From Bdellovibrionota bacterium (lineage in GTDB: Bacteria; Bdellovibrionota; FAC87; UBA2466), in NCBI GenBank assembly GCA_041749855.1, contig JBGTAN010000040.1, forward strand, positions 7,921 to 71,920: DNA of 64,000 nt, read 5' to 3'. The stretch's first letter is position 1, and each line of letters opens with the position of its first letter. The translations under genes and the position numbers were made by a program. Below the pieces are notes generated by a model. The model searched no databases, was not told the origin of the DNA, and saw nothing but the letters and a program-made list of their open reading frames with translations. Of the stretch, positions 47,146 through 57,200 are shown piece by piece.

Positions 47146-48549
47146 TTAAAGAGCGATTCCCAAAGCCGTGAGTAGCTTCTGCTGTATCTTACCAAACTCG
47201 CCGTTCGACATCACAACGACGACATCCCCTGGCTGGTGTTCGCGTTTGAACAAATCGACCATCTCATCGACCTCGGTGAAGCACGCCGCTTCTTTGCCAC
47301 TTCGAGCCAAGTCTTCTACTAGAGATCCTGCATCGAATCGTTGCCCCTGCGGCAGATCGCTTGCCTTGTAGGGAGAACCGACAATGACTCGGTCCGCATC
47401 TTTGAATGCAGCAGGGTATTCTTCTTGGTGCGATCCTCGGCGTGCGGTGGCAGACCGCGGTTCGAAAAAAGCCCAAAGGCGTCCCGTCGTGAAACGTTCC
47501 CGAACGGACCTTAAAGTAGCGGCCACCTCGGTGGGATGGTGCGCAAAATCATCCACCAACACGATCGGTTTTTTACACAAAATCTGTTGCCGTCGTTTCG
47601 CGCCTCGAAAGCGCTCCACCACCGTGCGTATCTTGTCTATCGACCCACCAAAATGCACCGCGGCCGCGATCCCGGAAACAATATTTAAAGCGTTATGTTC
47701 TCCAAACATCGGCGTTCGGAACCACCCTAGGTTTCGCTTCCCACACTCCAACTCGAAGCTTAAGCCTTCCGGATCCTGCTTCACCGCTGCGATGCGCCAA
47801 TGCGCGCCCGGAGTAGTTCCGAAAGTTTGAACGGGGCAGAGAGCGCCTTCAGCAACCTCGCGCACCACTTTGTCTTCGAACCGCGCAATGCACAGACCAT
47901 CGCCCGGAAGAAGAGCCACCAGCTTTTCGAACGAAGCCTGCACGTGAGCGAGATCGCGATAAATATCTGCGTGATCAAACTCAATGTTCGCCAAAACAAG
48001 ACAGTGGGGATTGTAATGAAGAAACTTGGGCCCTTTATCGAAAAAGGCCGAGTCATACTCGTCACCTTCACCGACGAAAACCTTTCCTTCGGCCTGGATG
48101 GCACAGCCACTGGGCAAATCAACCGGAACTCCGCCAATGAGATAAGAGGGGGCTAAACCTAGTTCCTGAAAGAGAAAGGCGATCCACGAAGTGGTTGTCG
48201 TCTTGCCGTGGGTACCCGCGCAGACCACACTTTTTCTATCGCCGATAACGTAGCGTCGAACCGCTTCTGGAAAAGACAAATACCGCACCCCGCTTCGAAT
48301 CCAAGCACAGGCTTCGGGATTGTCTTTGCGAACGACATTTCCAATGATCACGGTATCCGGTTTGACTCTAGATACATGCTCCGCCAAATAGCCTTCAAAC
48401 AATTTTACATTGGCTTGGGCTAGCACCGTTTTCATGGGCTCGTAGAGGGTGCCGTCACTCCCACTGAGGGAGTGTCCGCTCTTGGCCAAGGCAACAGCGA
48501 GCGTTCCCGTGCCCACCCCTCCGACACCTACAAAATGGATCTTTTCCAC
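47146..48549 (-). CDS. mpl: UDP-N-acetylmuramate:L-Ala-gamma-D-Glu-meso-DAP ligase (murein peptide ligase)
   Basis: MEKIHFVGVGGVGTGTLAVALAKSGHSLSGSD.., GTHGKTTTT and DEYDSAFFDK resemble Mpl rather than MurC in length and N-terminus. Confidence 0.8.
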   Translation of the reverse strand: MEKIHFVGVGGVGTGTLAVALAKSGHSLSGSDGTLYEPMKTVLAQANVKLFEGYLAEHVSRVKPDTVIIGNVVRKDNPEACAWIRSGVRYLSFPEAVRRYVIGDRKSVVCAGTHGKTTTTSWIAFLFQELGLAPSYLIGGVPVDLPSGCAIQAEGKVFVGEGDEYDSAFFDKGPKFLHYNPHCLVLANIEFDHADIYRDLAHVQASFEKLVALLPGDGLCIARFEDKVVREVAEGALCPVQTFGTTPGAHWRIAAVKQDPEGLSFELECGKRNLGWFRTPMFGEHNALNIVSGIAAAVHFGGSIDKIRTVVERFRGAKRRQQILCKKPIVLVDDFAHHPTEVAATLRSVRERFTTGRLWAFFEPRSATARRGSHQEEYPAAFKDADRVIVGSPYKASDLPQGQRFDAGSLVEDLARSGKEAACFTEVDEMVDLFKREHQPGDVVVVMSNGEFGKIQQKLLTALGIAL

Positions 48550-48558
48550 TCTAAGCTC

Positions 48559-49617
48559 CTACTTGTTTGCCCACTCGGCTGCTATCAAATCGTGCAGCTG
48601 CGGTCGTATGCGACGAATTCTCTCATCGAGCCGTGAGGGGTGCACGCGATTGGTCGAGAAAACGGCAATGCCCCCCGATTTCGGATCGATCCACACACTC
48701 GCCCCTGGATATCCAAGGTGGCCAAAAGAGGCGGAAGAAAACAGATTTCCCGCAGAGGAACCTTTTTCCGATTTCGTGTCCCAGCCTAAAGCCCACGAGG
48801 AACCAGAAACTCGACTCGCGCGTTTTACAAAGGTTTGTGCGGTCGCCTGGCCAAGCCACTTGGACTGCCCCTCCACTGCCGCCAACCACTCGCGTGCCCA
48901 ATAACCCAGGCCGCGTGCCGTAGCGAAAAGGCCTGCGTGGGGAGTCACCCCGCCCAGGGCACTGCTGTTTTCGTCAAAAGGCACGCCCACCAGTGGCAGG
49001 CTTGCGCGCACTTCGGTGGCTACCACTTCCGCCTTTGCCGGAAGTTTGGGATAGACCACTTCCGTCAAACCCAGGGGTTGCTGCACCCGTTCCCGGTAAC
49101 AGACACCCAGATCCTGATTCCAAATCTCTTTGATTGCCTCACCCAAAACCAAGAAGCCTAGGTCACTGTAGGAGGTGGTCGTGTCGGGCGGCGCAACCAC
49201 CCATTCTGAGGCTCGCTTTCCCAACCAGCTGCGGATACCGACTTTTGCAAAATCGGTTTCATACAACGGCAACCAATCTTTCAGTCCCGAGGCATGACAA
49301 AGAAGAGAACCCAGCTCGATTTTCCCAATGGCGTTTGATCGCCACTCCGGAATCCACTTCGCAACAGTGTCGCTTAAAGCGGCTTTGCCCTGGTCTACTG
49401 CGAGTGCGAACAAGGAACCTGTGACCACCGATTTCGTAATTGACCCGATATCGAAGTAGCTCCCGGCGTGCACAGGCACAGCCTCAGGCCAGTAGCTCGT
49501 AGACCCCCCGCTCCATTCCCGACTGGACCCGCGACACTCTGCCCAGACTTGGTAGCCCGAGAAACAGAAAACACGCCTTGATTCCTCTAGGAGCTCTTTT
49601 ATGGGGTCGTTGTGCAA
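48559..49617 (-). CDS. serine hydrolase of the beta-lactamase/PBP family
   Basis: SxxK motif GSITKSVV and overall class-C-like fold features. Confidence 0.7.
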   Translation of the reverse strand: MHNDPIKELLEESRRVFCFSGYQVWAECRGSSREWSGGSTSYWPEAVPVHAGSYFDIGSITKSVVTGSLFALAVDQGKAALSDTVAKWIPEWRSNAIGKIELGSLLCHASGLKDWLPLYETDFAKVGIRSWLGKRASEWVVAPPDTTTSYSDLGFLVLGEAIKEIWNQDLGVCYRERVQQPLGLTEVVYPKLPAKAEVVATEVRASLPLVGVPFDENSSALGGVTPHAGLFATARGLGYWAREWLAAVEGQSKWLGQATAQTFVKRASRVSGSSWALGWDTKSEKGSSAGNLFSSASFGHLGYPGASVWIDPKSGGIAVFSTNRVHPSRLDERIRRIRPQLHDLIAAEWANK

Positions 49618-49632
49618 AAGGCTTCCCTGCGT

Positions 49633-50784
49633 TTAGGGAGTGATCGCCGATACCGCAGTCACCGTCGGCAAGAGGCGGTCTCTCAACTCGAAAGCATAGA
49701 TATTACCGTAGTTACTGAGGCCGTACACCCAGCCATCTTCCGCGGAACCCGCAAAACTGGCCAGCGTCCCTGCCCCGAGTGAAACCTGGGCTCGCACTTT
49801 CCCAGTTGCTCTATCCAGGAAATAAACCGGGTCCGTACTGGTTGGGAAAATCAGGGTCTCGCCCATCAGCAGAGGCGCGGCGGAAACGCCATTTTCGAAA
49901 GGAGTTGTCCATACTGGCTGCCCACTCCCCAGATCTAGCGCATAGAACTGCTTATTGACCCCGCCAAAATAAAGTCGGTTCCCGTCCACCGCAAAACCAG
50001 AATAGCTTCCGACGGGAAACACCCATTGGGTATCTCCGCTAATTCGATCCAGACTATAAACCCGACCATCAAACGTGGCGGCGATCACCCGCTTTTCGTC
50101 TACGAACGGCGTCATGTCGATATCGTAAAATCGCTCGCGGCTTTTCAGTCGTTTTTCCCAGAGAACTTTGCCTTTTTCCGCGCCAAGCGCCACGAGGGTG
50201 CCATCCGCGAACCCCTGATACACTTCGGTCGTTCCAAAAAGCGCAGGCCCCCCGCTACCGCGTATGGTCATCTTCTCATCGCCGCGGTGCGAATAATGCC
50301 ACAGCTCTTCGCCTTTGCTTTCGCTCAACGCATAGAGATCGCCACTCGCATTGATAGCGTAAACAAAGCCCCGAGTAATAGCCGGTGGTGAAAGCCATTC
50401 CATCTGCCCTTTAAAGCGCCACGCTTCGGAACCGTCCCGCGCGTTGAGCGCAATCAGATTTCCCTGCTTATCGCCGACAATAAGCTTTGATCGACCGTAG
50501 GAAAACGCGCCTTCGACGCCCCCAGGCACCGAGGTTTCCCACAGCACAAAACCTTTGGTGCGGTGAAAGGCAACCACGCGCCCTTGCTGATCGGCTACAT
50601 AGAGAATTTCTCCCAGCAGCAAAGGACGGGTACGTTCATAAGGTCCCAGTCCAAAAACGGTGGAAGATCGCATCGGGATGACGAACGTCGGGAGTACTTC
50701 CAACGAGGGCAACGCAGACGCCGCTTGTAATGAAAGACTGGAAAGCAACCAGCCAAACGCTAAAACACCCCTCACTTTGCGCAT
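49633..50784 (-). CDS. bamB: PQQ-like beta-propeller repeat protein (BamB-like)
   Basis: Signal peptide, repeated ..G.LYALD..G...W.. blades; directly downstream of a YfgM-like gene as in the yfgM-bamB synteny. Confidence 0.6.
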   Translation of the reverse strand: MRKVRGVLAFGWLLSSLSLQAASALPSLEVLPTFVIPMRSSTVFGLGPYERTRPLLLGEILYVADQQGRVVAFHRTKGFVLWETSVPGGVEGAFSYGRSKLIVGDKQGNLIALNARDGSEAWRFKGQMEWLSPPAITRGFVYAINASGDLYALSESKGEELWHYSHRGDEKMTIRGSGGPALFGTTEVYQGFADGTLVALGAEKGKVLWEKRLKSRERFYDIDMTPFVDEKRVIAATFDGRVYSLDRISGDTQWVFPVGSYSGFAVDGNRLYFGGVNKQFYALDLGSGQPVWTTPFENGVSAAPLLMGETLIFPTSTDPVYFLDRATGKVRAQVSLGAGTLASFAGSAEDGWVYGLSNYGNIYAFELRDRLLPTVTAVSAITP

Positions 50785-51603
50785 TTAAAGCTTCTCCGAG
50801 AGCAAAGGACTGTCCATGCGCCGCAAGTAATTCTTCGCCATGCGAGCGTATTCGGTGTTGGGGAAATCGGTAGCTACAGTTTGGTAAGTCGTCTTTGCGG
50901 CAGCGACCTCTTTCTTGGCCTCCAACGCCCGTCCCGCATTGACCATGGCAAGCGCTTTGCCCTGACCTCCGCTATCCACCACTGACTGGTAAGCCTTCAG
51001 CGCTTCATCCCAATTGCCCTGAATTTCCCAGGCGTAGCCTTGGTTCAGGTTGAGCAGATCGCGTTCGGCCGGGATAAGACCTGAAAAACCAAGCGCTTTC
51101 CCATACCATTCCACCGCCTGCGCACCTGCTTGCTGCACCGTTAAAGTAGGTTCGAGGTCTTGCTTGGTCTCATCGGCGAGCTTGGCCTCCTTGCCGGTCA
51201 CTTCTTTCACCCTCAACGATCGAACTTTGCGCTGAGCCGCATCGTAGTAATGATCCGCCACCGTGACGGCTGCCATAAACGAACCTCGCTGACCCGAACT
51301 GGTCTCATAGACCTCTTTCATTTTAGCGATGCGTTCGGGGCCTTTGAGCTCATTGGCCTCGAAATACGAAGTCCAACCTTTCGCTAGACGGCTGGAAGAC
51401 CAGCTTTTATAGGCCTCATAGCCAAACCCTGCCGCTACAATGAGTACCAGCAGGATGAGCAGCGGATTGCGATTCTGCGCCAAACTCTCCAGTGCCTGCC
51501 GACCTCGGCGCACAAAGGTGTCGGGCTTCTTCAAGGCTTTTCTATCAATTTTGTCCTGGCTCATATGACTTTGGAACCTACCTGAACTCTTGAGCGCTTT
51601 CAA
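50785..51603 (-). CDS. YfgM-like membrane-anchored TPR protein
   Basis: N-terminal basic region, single TM (LLILLVLIVAAGFGY), then a helical TPR-like body; synteny with the BamB-like gene. Confidence 0.5.
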   Translation of the reverse strand: MKALKSSGRFQSHMSQDKIDRKALKKPDTFVRRGRQALESLAQNRNPLLILLVLIVAAGFGYEAYKSWSSSRLAKGWTSYFEANELKGPERIAKMKEVYETSSGQRGSFMAAVTVADHYYDAAQRKVRSLRVKEVTGKEAKLADETKQDLEPTLTVQQAGAQAVEWYGKALGFSGLIPAERDLLNLNQGYAWEIQGNWDEALKAYQSVVDSGGQGKALAMVNAGRALEAKKEVAAAKTTYQTVATDFPNTEYARMAKNYLRRMDSPLLSEKL

Positions 51604-51647
51604 AACTTACCTAGCATGATACTCTAAGAAAACTGGGGGGTTGGGAG

Positions 51648-52121
51648 ATGCGCACTTTTATCATTTTGGCGGGGATCTTCGCTTTCGCAAGATTCGCCAG
51701 CGCCAAGAATCTCGAAGGTCGAATGGGCTTTGGCGCAAGCTATATGGGTTTTAGTAACTCGACCGCGGTATCTTTGAAGTATTTCCATAGTCCTTACCTC
51801 GCCACCAACTTCCTCATCGGCTTTAATACCGAAAGCGCCACCTATGTCTTCGGGGCCAAGACCTCTCGACAAGTCCTGCTCGAAGAAAACATGAACGTCT
51901 TTCTAGGAGTGGGCGCCTTTGTCGTGAGTGACAATCGAACGCCGCCCACTGCGACCGGTGTGGAGTTTGATGCCATCGTGGGAGGAGAGTTTTTTCTCGC
52001 CGGCCTACCCAACTTGGGCCTTCAGTTTGAAGCAGGCATTGGGCTTCGCTCTTTGCGAACAACGAGCTTTCACTCGGTCGGCGGAGGATTCGCCAACGGG
52101 GCAATCCACTATTACTTTTAA
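51648..52121 (+). CDS. small outer-membrane beta-barrel protein (hypothetical)
   Basis: Signal MRTFIILAGIFAFARFASA, alternating amphipathic strands, C-terminal ..HYYF. Confidence 0.45.
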   Translation: MRTFIILAGIFAFARFASAKNLEGRMGFGASYMGFSNSTAVSLKYFHSPYLATNFLIGFNTESATYVFGAKTSRQVLLEENMNVFLGVGAFVVSDNRTPPTATGVEFDAIVGGEFFLAGLPNLGLQFEAGIGLRSLRTTSFHSVGGGFANGAIHYYF

Positions 52122-52156
52122 GACGATTTAGGATTCATCATCATCGAGGTGACGGT

Positions 52157-52876
52157 ATGACCTGGCTACGCAACCTAACTGGAATAGCCCTGATTCTTGC
52201 CAGCGTCGCAAACGCTGAAAGCACTCAACCCGAGTACCCCGGCGTAGCGGACCCCTTCGCCGATCCCGGCCAATACGAATTTGCCGACGACGAGAAGGAA
52301 GATAAAGAGTTCTTCCACCTCGGCCGATTCTTCATGATGGGACTCGACGTAGGCGCCGGTGTTTTCACGGGTGGACTGGGCGCTTCCGCAGGAGCGGGCA
52401 TGCAGTTTGGAGCACGCGTTTTATATTTCTTTGACCGCTCTATCGCATTTGAAGGACGCATTCACTATTCCAATCACCTCGACGTGACGCCCGTGAACGG
52501 ATCTTCCTACGATCTGGAAACCAATCTCATCGAAGCTGCCGTGGGCTTTCGCTATTACTTCGATACGAAAAGCGCCCCCCGCGCGATTGCGATCGCAAAT
52601 CCGTATTTGGGGTTTGGTGCCGGCCTTTACTCCCGGGACCAAATCGTAGTGCGGGCCGCAACCGGATTTCCAGAACCCGAGCCCTCTTCCAGCTTTGGTG
52701 GCAATGCCGGCGGCGGCGTTGAGTTTCTCGTGTATCGAAAACACATCTACGTCGGGCTCGACCTGCGCTACCACATGATTTTCTTCCCCGATGAGAACTT
52801 GTCCTGGAACGGCGCGGTAGGGGGCCGAGCGGGCGACTATTTCACGACTCTGTTCACCGTGACGTACAACTTTTAA
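52157..52876 (+). CDS. outer-membrane beta-barrel protein (hypothetical)
   Basis: Signal MTWLRNLTGIALILASVANA, beta-strand periodicity, C-terminal ..TVTYNF. Confidence 0.45.
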   Translation: MTWLRNLTGIALILASVANAESTQPEYPGVADPFADPGQYEFADDEKEDKEFFHLGRFFMMGLDVGAGVFTGGLGASAGAGMQFGARVLYFFDRSIAFEGRIHYSNHLDVTPVNGSSYDLETNLIEAAVGFRYYFDTKSAPRAIAIANPYLGFGAGLYSRDQIVVRAATGFPEPEPSSSFGGNAGGGVEFLVYRKHIYVGLDLRYHMIFFPDENLSWNGAVGGRAGDYFTTLFTVTYNF

Positions 52877-53861
52877 ACTGGCCTACTACGGTGTGTATTT
52901 TTTAAGGGGTTGGTGAGTTAGGTTAGTACGCCGTTGTGGTAGTTCACGTAGAGGGCAAGGTGATCTGCCAGAGCAGAGCGTTTTTTGGTGGTGCACCACG
53001 TTTTTCTAAACAGTCGATTCACATTGGCTCTGAACATGGCGGCTGTATGATTAAGACTAAATAGCGGGTCCCACTTTCCTTTTTTTAGCTCTCCTTGCCC
53101 GACCACGCAGCCCCGTCGACTTAGACTCGTCTTGTGAACTGCTTCGGGAAAACTCTTTCTCAGCGCTGGTGGGTAGGCAGGGTTTTGATCGGACTCAAAA
53201 AGAGCAGTAGGGCTTACGACTGGTTTTAAGGTGCTGAACATTTTTCGCAGCGCCAGGGGGCGGTGATCCGCACGAAGGCCATATTTCTCCAGCGCTTTTC
53301 GAGCGAGCAACCCCTTAGCAGGCATTTGAGAAACCTCGACGGCTAAAACCTTTCGGTTGAATGTAACTGCAAGACTGATACTGAGCGGTTTCATCTTCGA
53401 ATGCTCAAACGTTTCCATGTCATCAAATTGCACATGATCGATGGTTTTGGTTTGCAACGACTCTAGAAAGTGCGCGTGAAGACGCCGAGCTTGAATGCCT
53501 AGAAAGTGCAGCTTCCGGGCAACCGTTACTCGGTGAATGCCAAGTAAACGCGCAGCCCTTCGCATCGATACTCCAGACACAAGGAGCTTGCGAAGTGGCT
53601 CATTCACACGCCGCTTCTTCTGCCCAAAACAAGGATGGTGAGTGGCGTCAGACTGACACTTTCCACAGCTTCTACACTTCCATCTTCGGATAGTACGGCT
53701 GTCCGATTTCCTCAGGAAAGTACCATGGGAAACTAGGCGTCCAGATTTCAAACCATGAAGTCCACAATCACATCTGTCTTTTGCGCTGCTAGGCTGCATC
53801 ATCAGAGGATTGAGCAAGATACAGGCCTAAGATTCTTCACCCACTTTCAGGTAGGCCAGTT
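52877..53861 (-). mobile_element. IS1-family insertion sequence (single-ORF transposase) with 11-bp perfect terminal inverted repeats
   Basis: AACTGGCCTAC at 52877-52887 and its reverse complement GTAGGCCAGTT at 53851-53861. The element sits between the stop codons of two convergent genes (52876 and 53864). Confidence 0.6.
52918..53817 (-). CDS. IS1-family transposase (fused InsA-InsB-like single ORF)
   Basis: N-terminal Zn-finger + HTH resembling IS1 InsA (C.C.....C..C ... VSGVSMRRAARLLGIHRVTVARKLHFLG). C-terminal region resembles InsB (..NHTAAMFRANVNRLFRKTWCTTKKRSALADHLALYVNYHN). Confidence 0.65.
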   Translation of the reverse strand: MLNPLMMQPSSAKDRCDCGLHGLKSGRLVSHGTFLRKSDSRTIRRWKCRSCGKCQSDATHHPCFGQKKRRVNEPLRKLLVSGVSMRRAARLLGIHRVTVARKLHFLGIQARRLHAHFLESLQTKTIDHVQFDDMETFEHSKMKPLSISLAVTFNRKVLAVEVSQMPAKGLLARKALEKYGLRADHRPLALRKMFSTLKPVVSPTALFESDQNPAYPPALRKSFPEAVHKTSLSRRGCVVGQGELKKGKWDPLFSLNHTAAMFRANVNRLFRKTWCTTKKRSALADHLALYVNYHNGVLT

Positions 53862-53863
53862 TT

Positions 53864-55090
53864 TCAGTTGTAAGCGCATCGAAACCCCGTAGTGGGATCG
53901 GTTGTCAGCGGACCCAAACCCAAATCGACTTGAAATACACCCACAGGAATAGCCGTGGCATAGCCACCCCCTCGAATGATGACCCCGCCCGAAATTCCCA
54001 ACCAGCCATACCCCAATCCGCCGTACTCACCGGAGTTTTTCGAAACGTAGCTACCGAATGGGCCCCACATTTCCGGATGGTTCAAGCCAGAGGTCCAGGG
54101 TTGCTGGGAAATGTAGCCGCTGACTCCTTCAAAAGGCGGGCCCGCGGCAATATCGCCTTTCACCGACTCCCAGGCATTTCCGGCAATGTCCCAGATGGTC
54201 TCTCCGCTGGAAAGCACGTGGGTGCGCTTTTGCGTGAAATGCGCATGCGCATTGTTGGCGCAGTTCGCATTTCCCGTCCCAAAGCAAGGATCGCCATCGG
54301 TACTAGCGGCAAGCAGACCGAACGGAGCAAAGTCTGAGTGGCCGTGATTGATCCCATTTGCACCAGCGGTGGATCCATTGCTCCAGTTGAGTTGGACGCC
54401 CGCGCTTTCGGCAGTCTCGATTTCGCGAGCCACCGCCTGCCATTGCGCATTTGAGATCAGATCGAAACCAGGGCCGATATTGCGGCATCGGGTAATCGTT
54501 CCAGGAGTGCCGCCATTGTCATCGCGAGAAATAGATGCCCAGGGAAGACCTGCCATCTGCGAAACAGCGTTGCTACTACCGTCGTCTTTCATTTCATATT
54601 TCGCTACGCAAAAAGCTTCTACAACTCCCACGTCTGCGTTCGGACCCACTGCCAAATAGTTTGTGGGGCACGTGATACCAGGCACTCCCGAAGCCGTAGC
54701 CCCCGCTGTGTACTGGTAAGCACCGTTGTAGGAAAAGACTTGGTAGTGATAGGTCGCGCCATTGGTTAAAGCTGTATCGGCGGCCGTCGTCCAGGATCCT
54801 GAATACACCACCAAGTGGGTGCTACCCACCGCTTGTCCCGCGCTGTAAACCTCTCCATCGACAGGATCCCAGTGAACTTCCGAGTCCGGGTGGCGCACGA
54901 GCAAGTACCCATAGCTACCGGCCGCACTCTGCCAACTTGCGTTCAGCGCTTCCCACTGCGGATCCAGGTGCAATGGGGAGACCACAGAGGCAGCTGCCTG
55001 GCCTATGCACCCGCCGATGCACAAGCCCAGGCCGCAACCACTGGTGGAAAGAAGAAGGAAAACCCCCATCCCGGAAAGCCAAAACCTCAT
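53864..55090 (-). CDS. lipoprotein with C-terminal formylglycine-generating-enzyme (FGE/SUMF1)-like domain
   Basis: Lipoprotein signal MRFWLSGMGVFLLLSTSGCG; C-terminal ..GNAWESV..IIRGGGYATAI...TTGFRCAYN resembles FGE-sulfatase domain ends (RGGS.., GFRC). Confidence 0.55.
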   Translation of the reverse strand: MRFWLSGMGVFLLLSTSGCGLGLCIGGCIGQAAASVVSPLHLDPQWEALNASWQSAAGSYGYLLVRHPDSEVHWDPVDGEVYSAGQAVGSTHLVVYSGSWTTAADTALTNGATYHYQVFSYNGAYQYTAGATASGVPGITCPTNYLAVGPNADVGVVEAFCVAKYEMKDDGSSNAVSQMAGLPWASISRDDNGGTPGTITRCRNIGPGFDLISNAQWQAVAREIETAESAGVQLNWSNGSTAGANGINHGHSDFAPFGLLAASTDGDPCFGTGNANCANNAHAHFTQKRTHVLSSGETIWDIAGNAWESVKGDIAAGPPFEGVSGYISQQPWTSGLNHPEMWGPFGSYVSKNSGEYGGLGYGWLGISGGVIIRGGGYATAIPVGVFQVDLGLGPLTTDPTTGFRCAYN

Positions 55091-55132
55091 CAGAACCCCA
55101 AAGAGCGAGCAAGTCTCACGGCCCGAAGTATC

Positions 55133-55951
55133 TCAGGTCCCTGTCGCCAGGCTCCAGACCAGAATAAACACCGCTGCAAGAATGCGGTACCAAGCGAACA
55201 CGCTAAAGTCCGCAGCGCGCAGGTAAGTAAGCAAAAAATGGATGCTTAAAATTCCGGAAATCAAGGACGCCAGAAAACCGGCAATCAGATACGCCGAAGA
55301 GAATCCTGCAAAACCTGACTCAATCAGGTTTCTCATTTCGTAGGCCCCGGCTGCGGCAGTGATGGGTAAAGACAGCAAGAACGAGAAACGAGCCGCTGCT
55401 TCCCGATTAAAACCTAAGTATCGCCCCATCGTCATCGTCGAGCCTGAGCGCGAGACACCGGGAATCAGCGCGAACATCTGGGCAAACCCAATCAGCATCG
55501 CATCTTTCATCGTGAAGTCGTTTTGATTGCGATAGGGAGGAAAGCGCCCATCGATCCAGTACATGAGAAAACCGACTAAAGCCAAACTGATAGCAATCAC
55601 CAGCGGCGCGCGAAACGCGCCCTCAGAAAGATCATGAAACAGAAAGCCTGCCAACCCCGCTGGGATCGTAGCGCACATCAACATCCAAAACATCATGCGA
55701 TCCCGCTCAAACCCAATTTTACGTTCAAGGATGCTCAGTAGGCCTGCGCGCAAAAGCGCCATCCAATCCCCGAAAAAATAGCCAAGGACCGCGGCCATCG
55801 TTCCGAAGTGCAGAAAGACATCGAAAGAAAGTCCGGGGTCCTGCCAGCCAAAAACCCAGGGCACTAGCGCCAAATGCGCGGAACTGCTGATGGGAAGAAA
55901 CTCGGTAATACCCTGAACGAGCCCCAAAACAATGGCTTGAAAGACCGACAT
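55133..55951 (-). CDS. uppP: undecaprenyl-diphosphate phosphatase
   Basis: MSVFQAIVLGLVQGITEFLPISSSAHLAL.. canonical UppP/BacA N-terminus, 272 aa. Confidence 0.9.
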   Translation of the reverse strand: MSVFQAIVLGLVQGITEFLPISSSAHLALVPWVFGWQDPGLSFDVFLHFGTMAAVLGYFFGDWMALLRAGLLSILERKIGFERDRMMFWMLMCATIPAGLAGFLFHDLSEGAFRAPLVIAISLALVGFLMYWIDGRFPPYRNQNDFTMKDAMLIGFAQMFALIPGVSRSGSTMTMGRYLGFNREAAARFSFLLSLPITAAAGAYEMRNLIESGFAGFSSAYLIAGFLASLISGILSIHFLLTYLRAADFSVFAWYRILAAVFILVWSLATGT

Positions 55952-56030
55952 GCTGTGCCCCTAGTTGAAGCAGCCAATTTAACATAAGGGGAACAAACCA
56001 GGCACCTCCAACTTGAGCTCAGAGTCTGCC

Positions 56031-57200
56031 CTATTTTGGACTTTGCGCCTTGGCGGTCACTAAGCGCTGAACCGATTGGTAGTGATCGAGCAAACCTCGC
56101 AAAAGCCCGAGGTTGATTGCGGGAACCCGGTTGCCTCCAGCGCCTTCCATGTCGACGGCAGCAGTTAGGCTATTCAAAATCGCTTCCTCGGTGGCTTCGA
56201 TGACGCTCTTATAAACAGGATCCAAAGCGCTATCGCGGATCATTCTCACCTGGTCCGCGATATCCTTGGGCCGATGCGGTACTTCATTGGCCGTGGAAAA
56301 ACCGATGATGATCTCACCACTTCCGTGCGCACCGTAGCTCCCGGTTCGACCAATGCCCAACGCGGCTCTTCGGCAGACGCGATTCATTTGTTGGGTACTC
56401 AGCGGAAGATCCGTTCCGACCACCGCAATGATGGAGCCGTAGTTATTGACGCGACGAGAGTATTTGCCCTGAGCGATGGAGAGCAACCGCCCCACGGGGT
56501 ACCCATCCATCCGCAGGTCTTCCATGATCCCGAAGTTCGCGCACACCAGCACTCCCAAAGTGTAGTCTTTGCCACCCAAATTGAGCACACGGCTAGAGGT
56601 CCCAATACCTGCTTTGAAGTCGCAGCAGATCATTCCGGTGCCCGCACCGACGGCCCCCTCTTCCACTGGACCCGATGCAGCGTTGTCGAGCGCCGCAAAC
56701 ACATTCTGAGGCTTGATATGCAAGCCCACCGCATCATTTAGAAAGCTATCGTCGCACTCGCCAACCACCGGGATAATCACTTCCTGCTGTTCGCGAATTT
56801 CAGGATAGCGTTGAGCCATCCACTTTACGACGCTATCGCTCACGCGCCCCACCGACATGGTATTGGTGAGTGCAATGGGTGTTTCGATGAGGCCCCACTC
56901 GGAGAGCTGAGTAAACCCAGATACCTCGCCCGCGCCACTTAAGATGAATCCTCCGCTAATGAGTTTGCGGCTATAGATATCGTCGTTGGGAACGATGACG
57001 GTTACGCCTGTGCGCACCGGACCGTTGCCAGGCTTTCGTCGCCCCGATCCTTCGATCAAAGTGGTGTGTGCCACTCGCACGCCGGGAACATCCGTGATGG
57101 CGTTGAGAGGACCGGTTGGAAAATTCCCAATTCCCACACCGAGATCCCGCAGGCGGCAACGCGCCTTCGCGTCTTCCCGGTAACGTTCGAATAAATTCAT
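56031..57200 (-). CDS. P1/S58 (DmpA-type) family peptidase/aminopeptidase
   Basis: N-terminus ..LRDLGVGIGNFPTGPLNAITDVPGVRVAHTTLIEG.. and a size of ~390 aa match DmpA/BapA-type Ntn-hydrolases. Confidence 0.75.
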   Translation of the reverse strand: MNLFERYREDAKARCRLRDLGVGIGNFPTGPLNAITDVPGVRVAHTTLIEGSGRRKPGNGPVRTGVTVIVPNDDIYSRKLISGGFILSGAGEVSGFTQLSEWGLIETPIALTNTMSVGRVSDSVVKWMAQRYPEIREQQEVIIPVVGECDDSFLNDAVGLHIKPQNVFAALDNAASGPVEEGAVGAGTGMICCDFKAGIGTSSRVLNLGGKDYTLGVLVCANFGIMEDLRMDGYPVGRLLSIAQGKYSRRVNNYGSIIAVVGTDLPLSTQQMNRVCRRAALGIGRTGSYGAHGSGEIIIGFSTANEVPHRPKDIADQVRMIRDSALDPVYKSVIEATEEAILNSLTAAVDMEGAGGNRVPAINLGLLRGLLDHYQSVQRLVTAKAQSPK

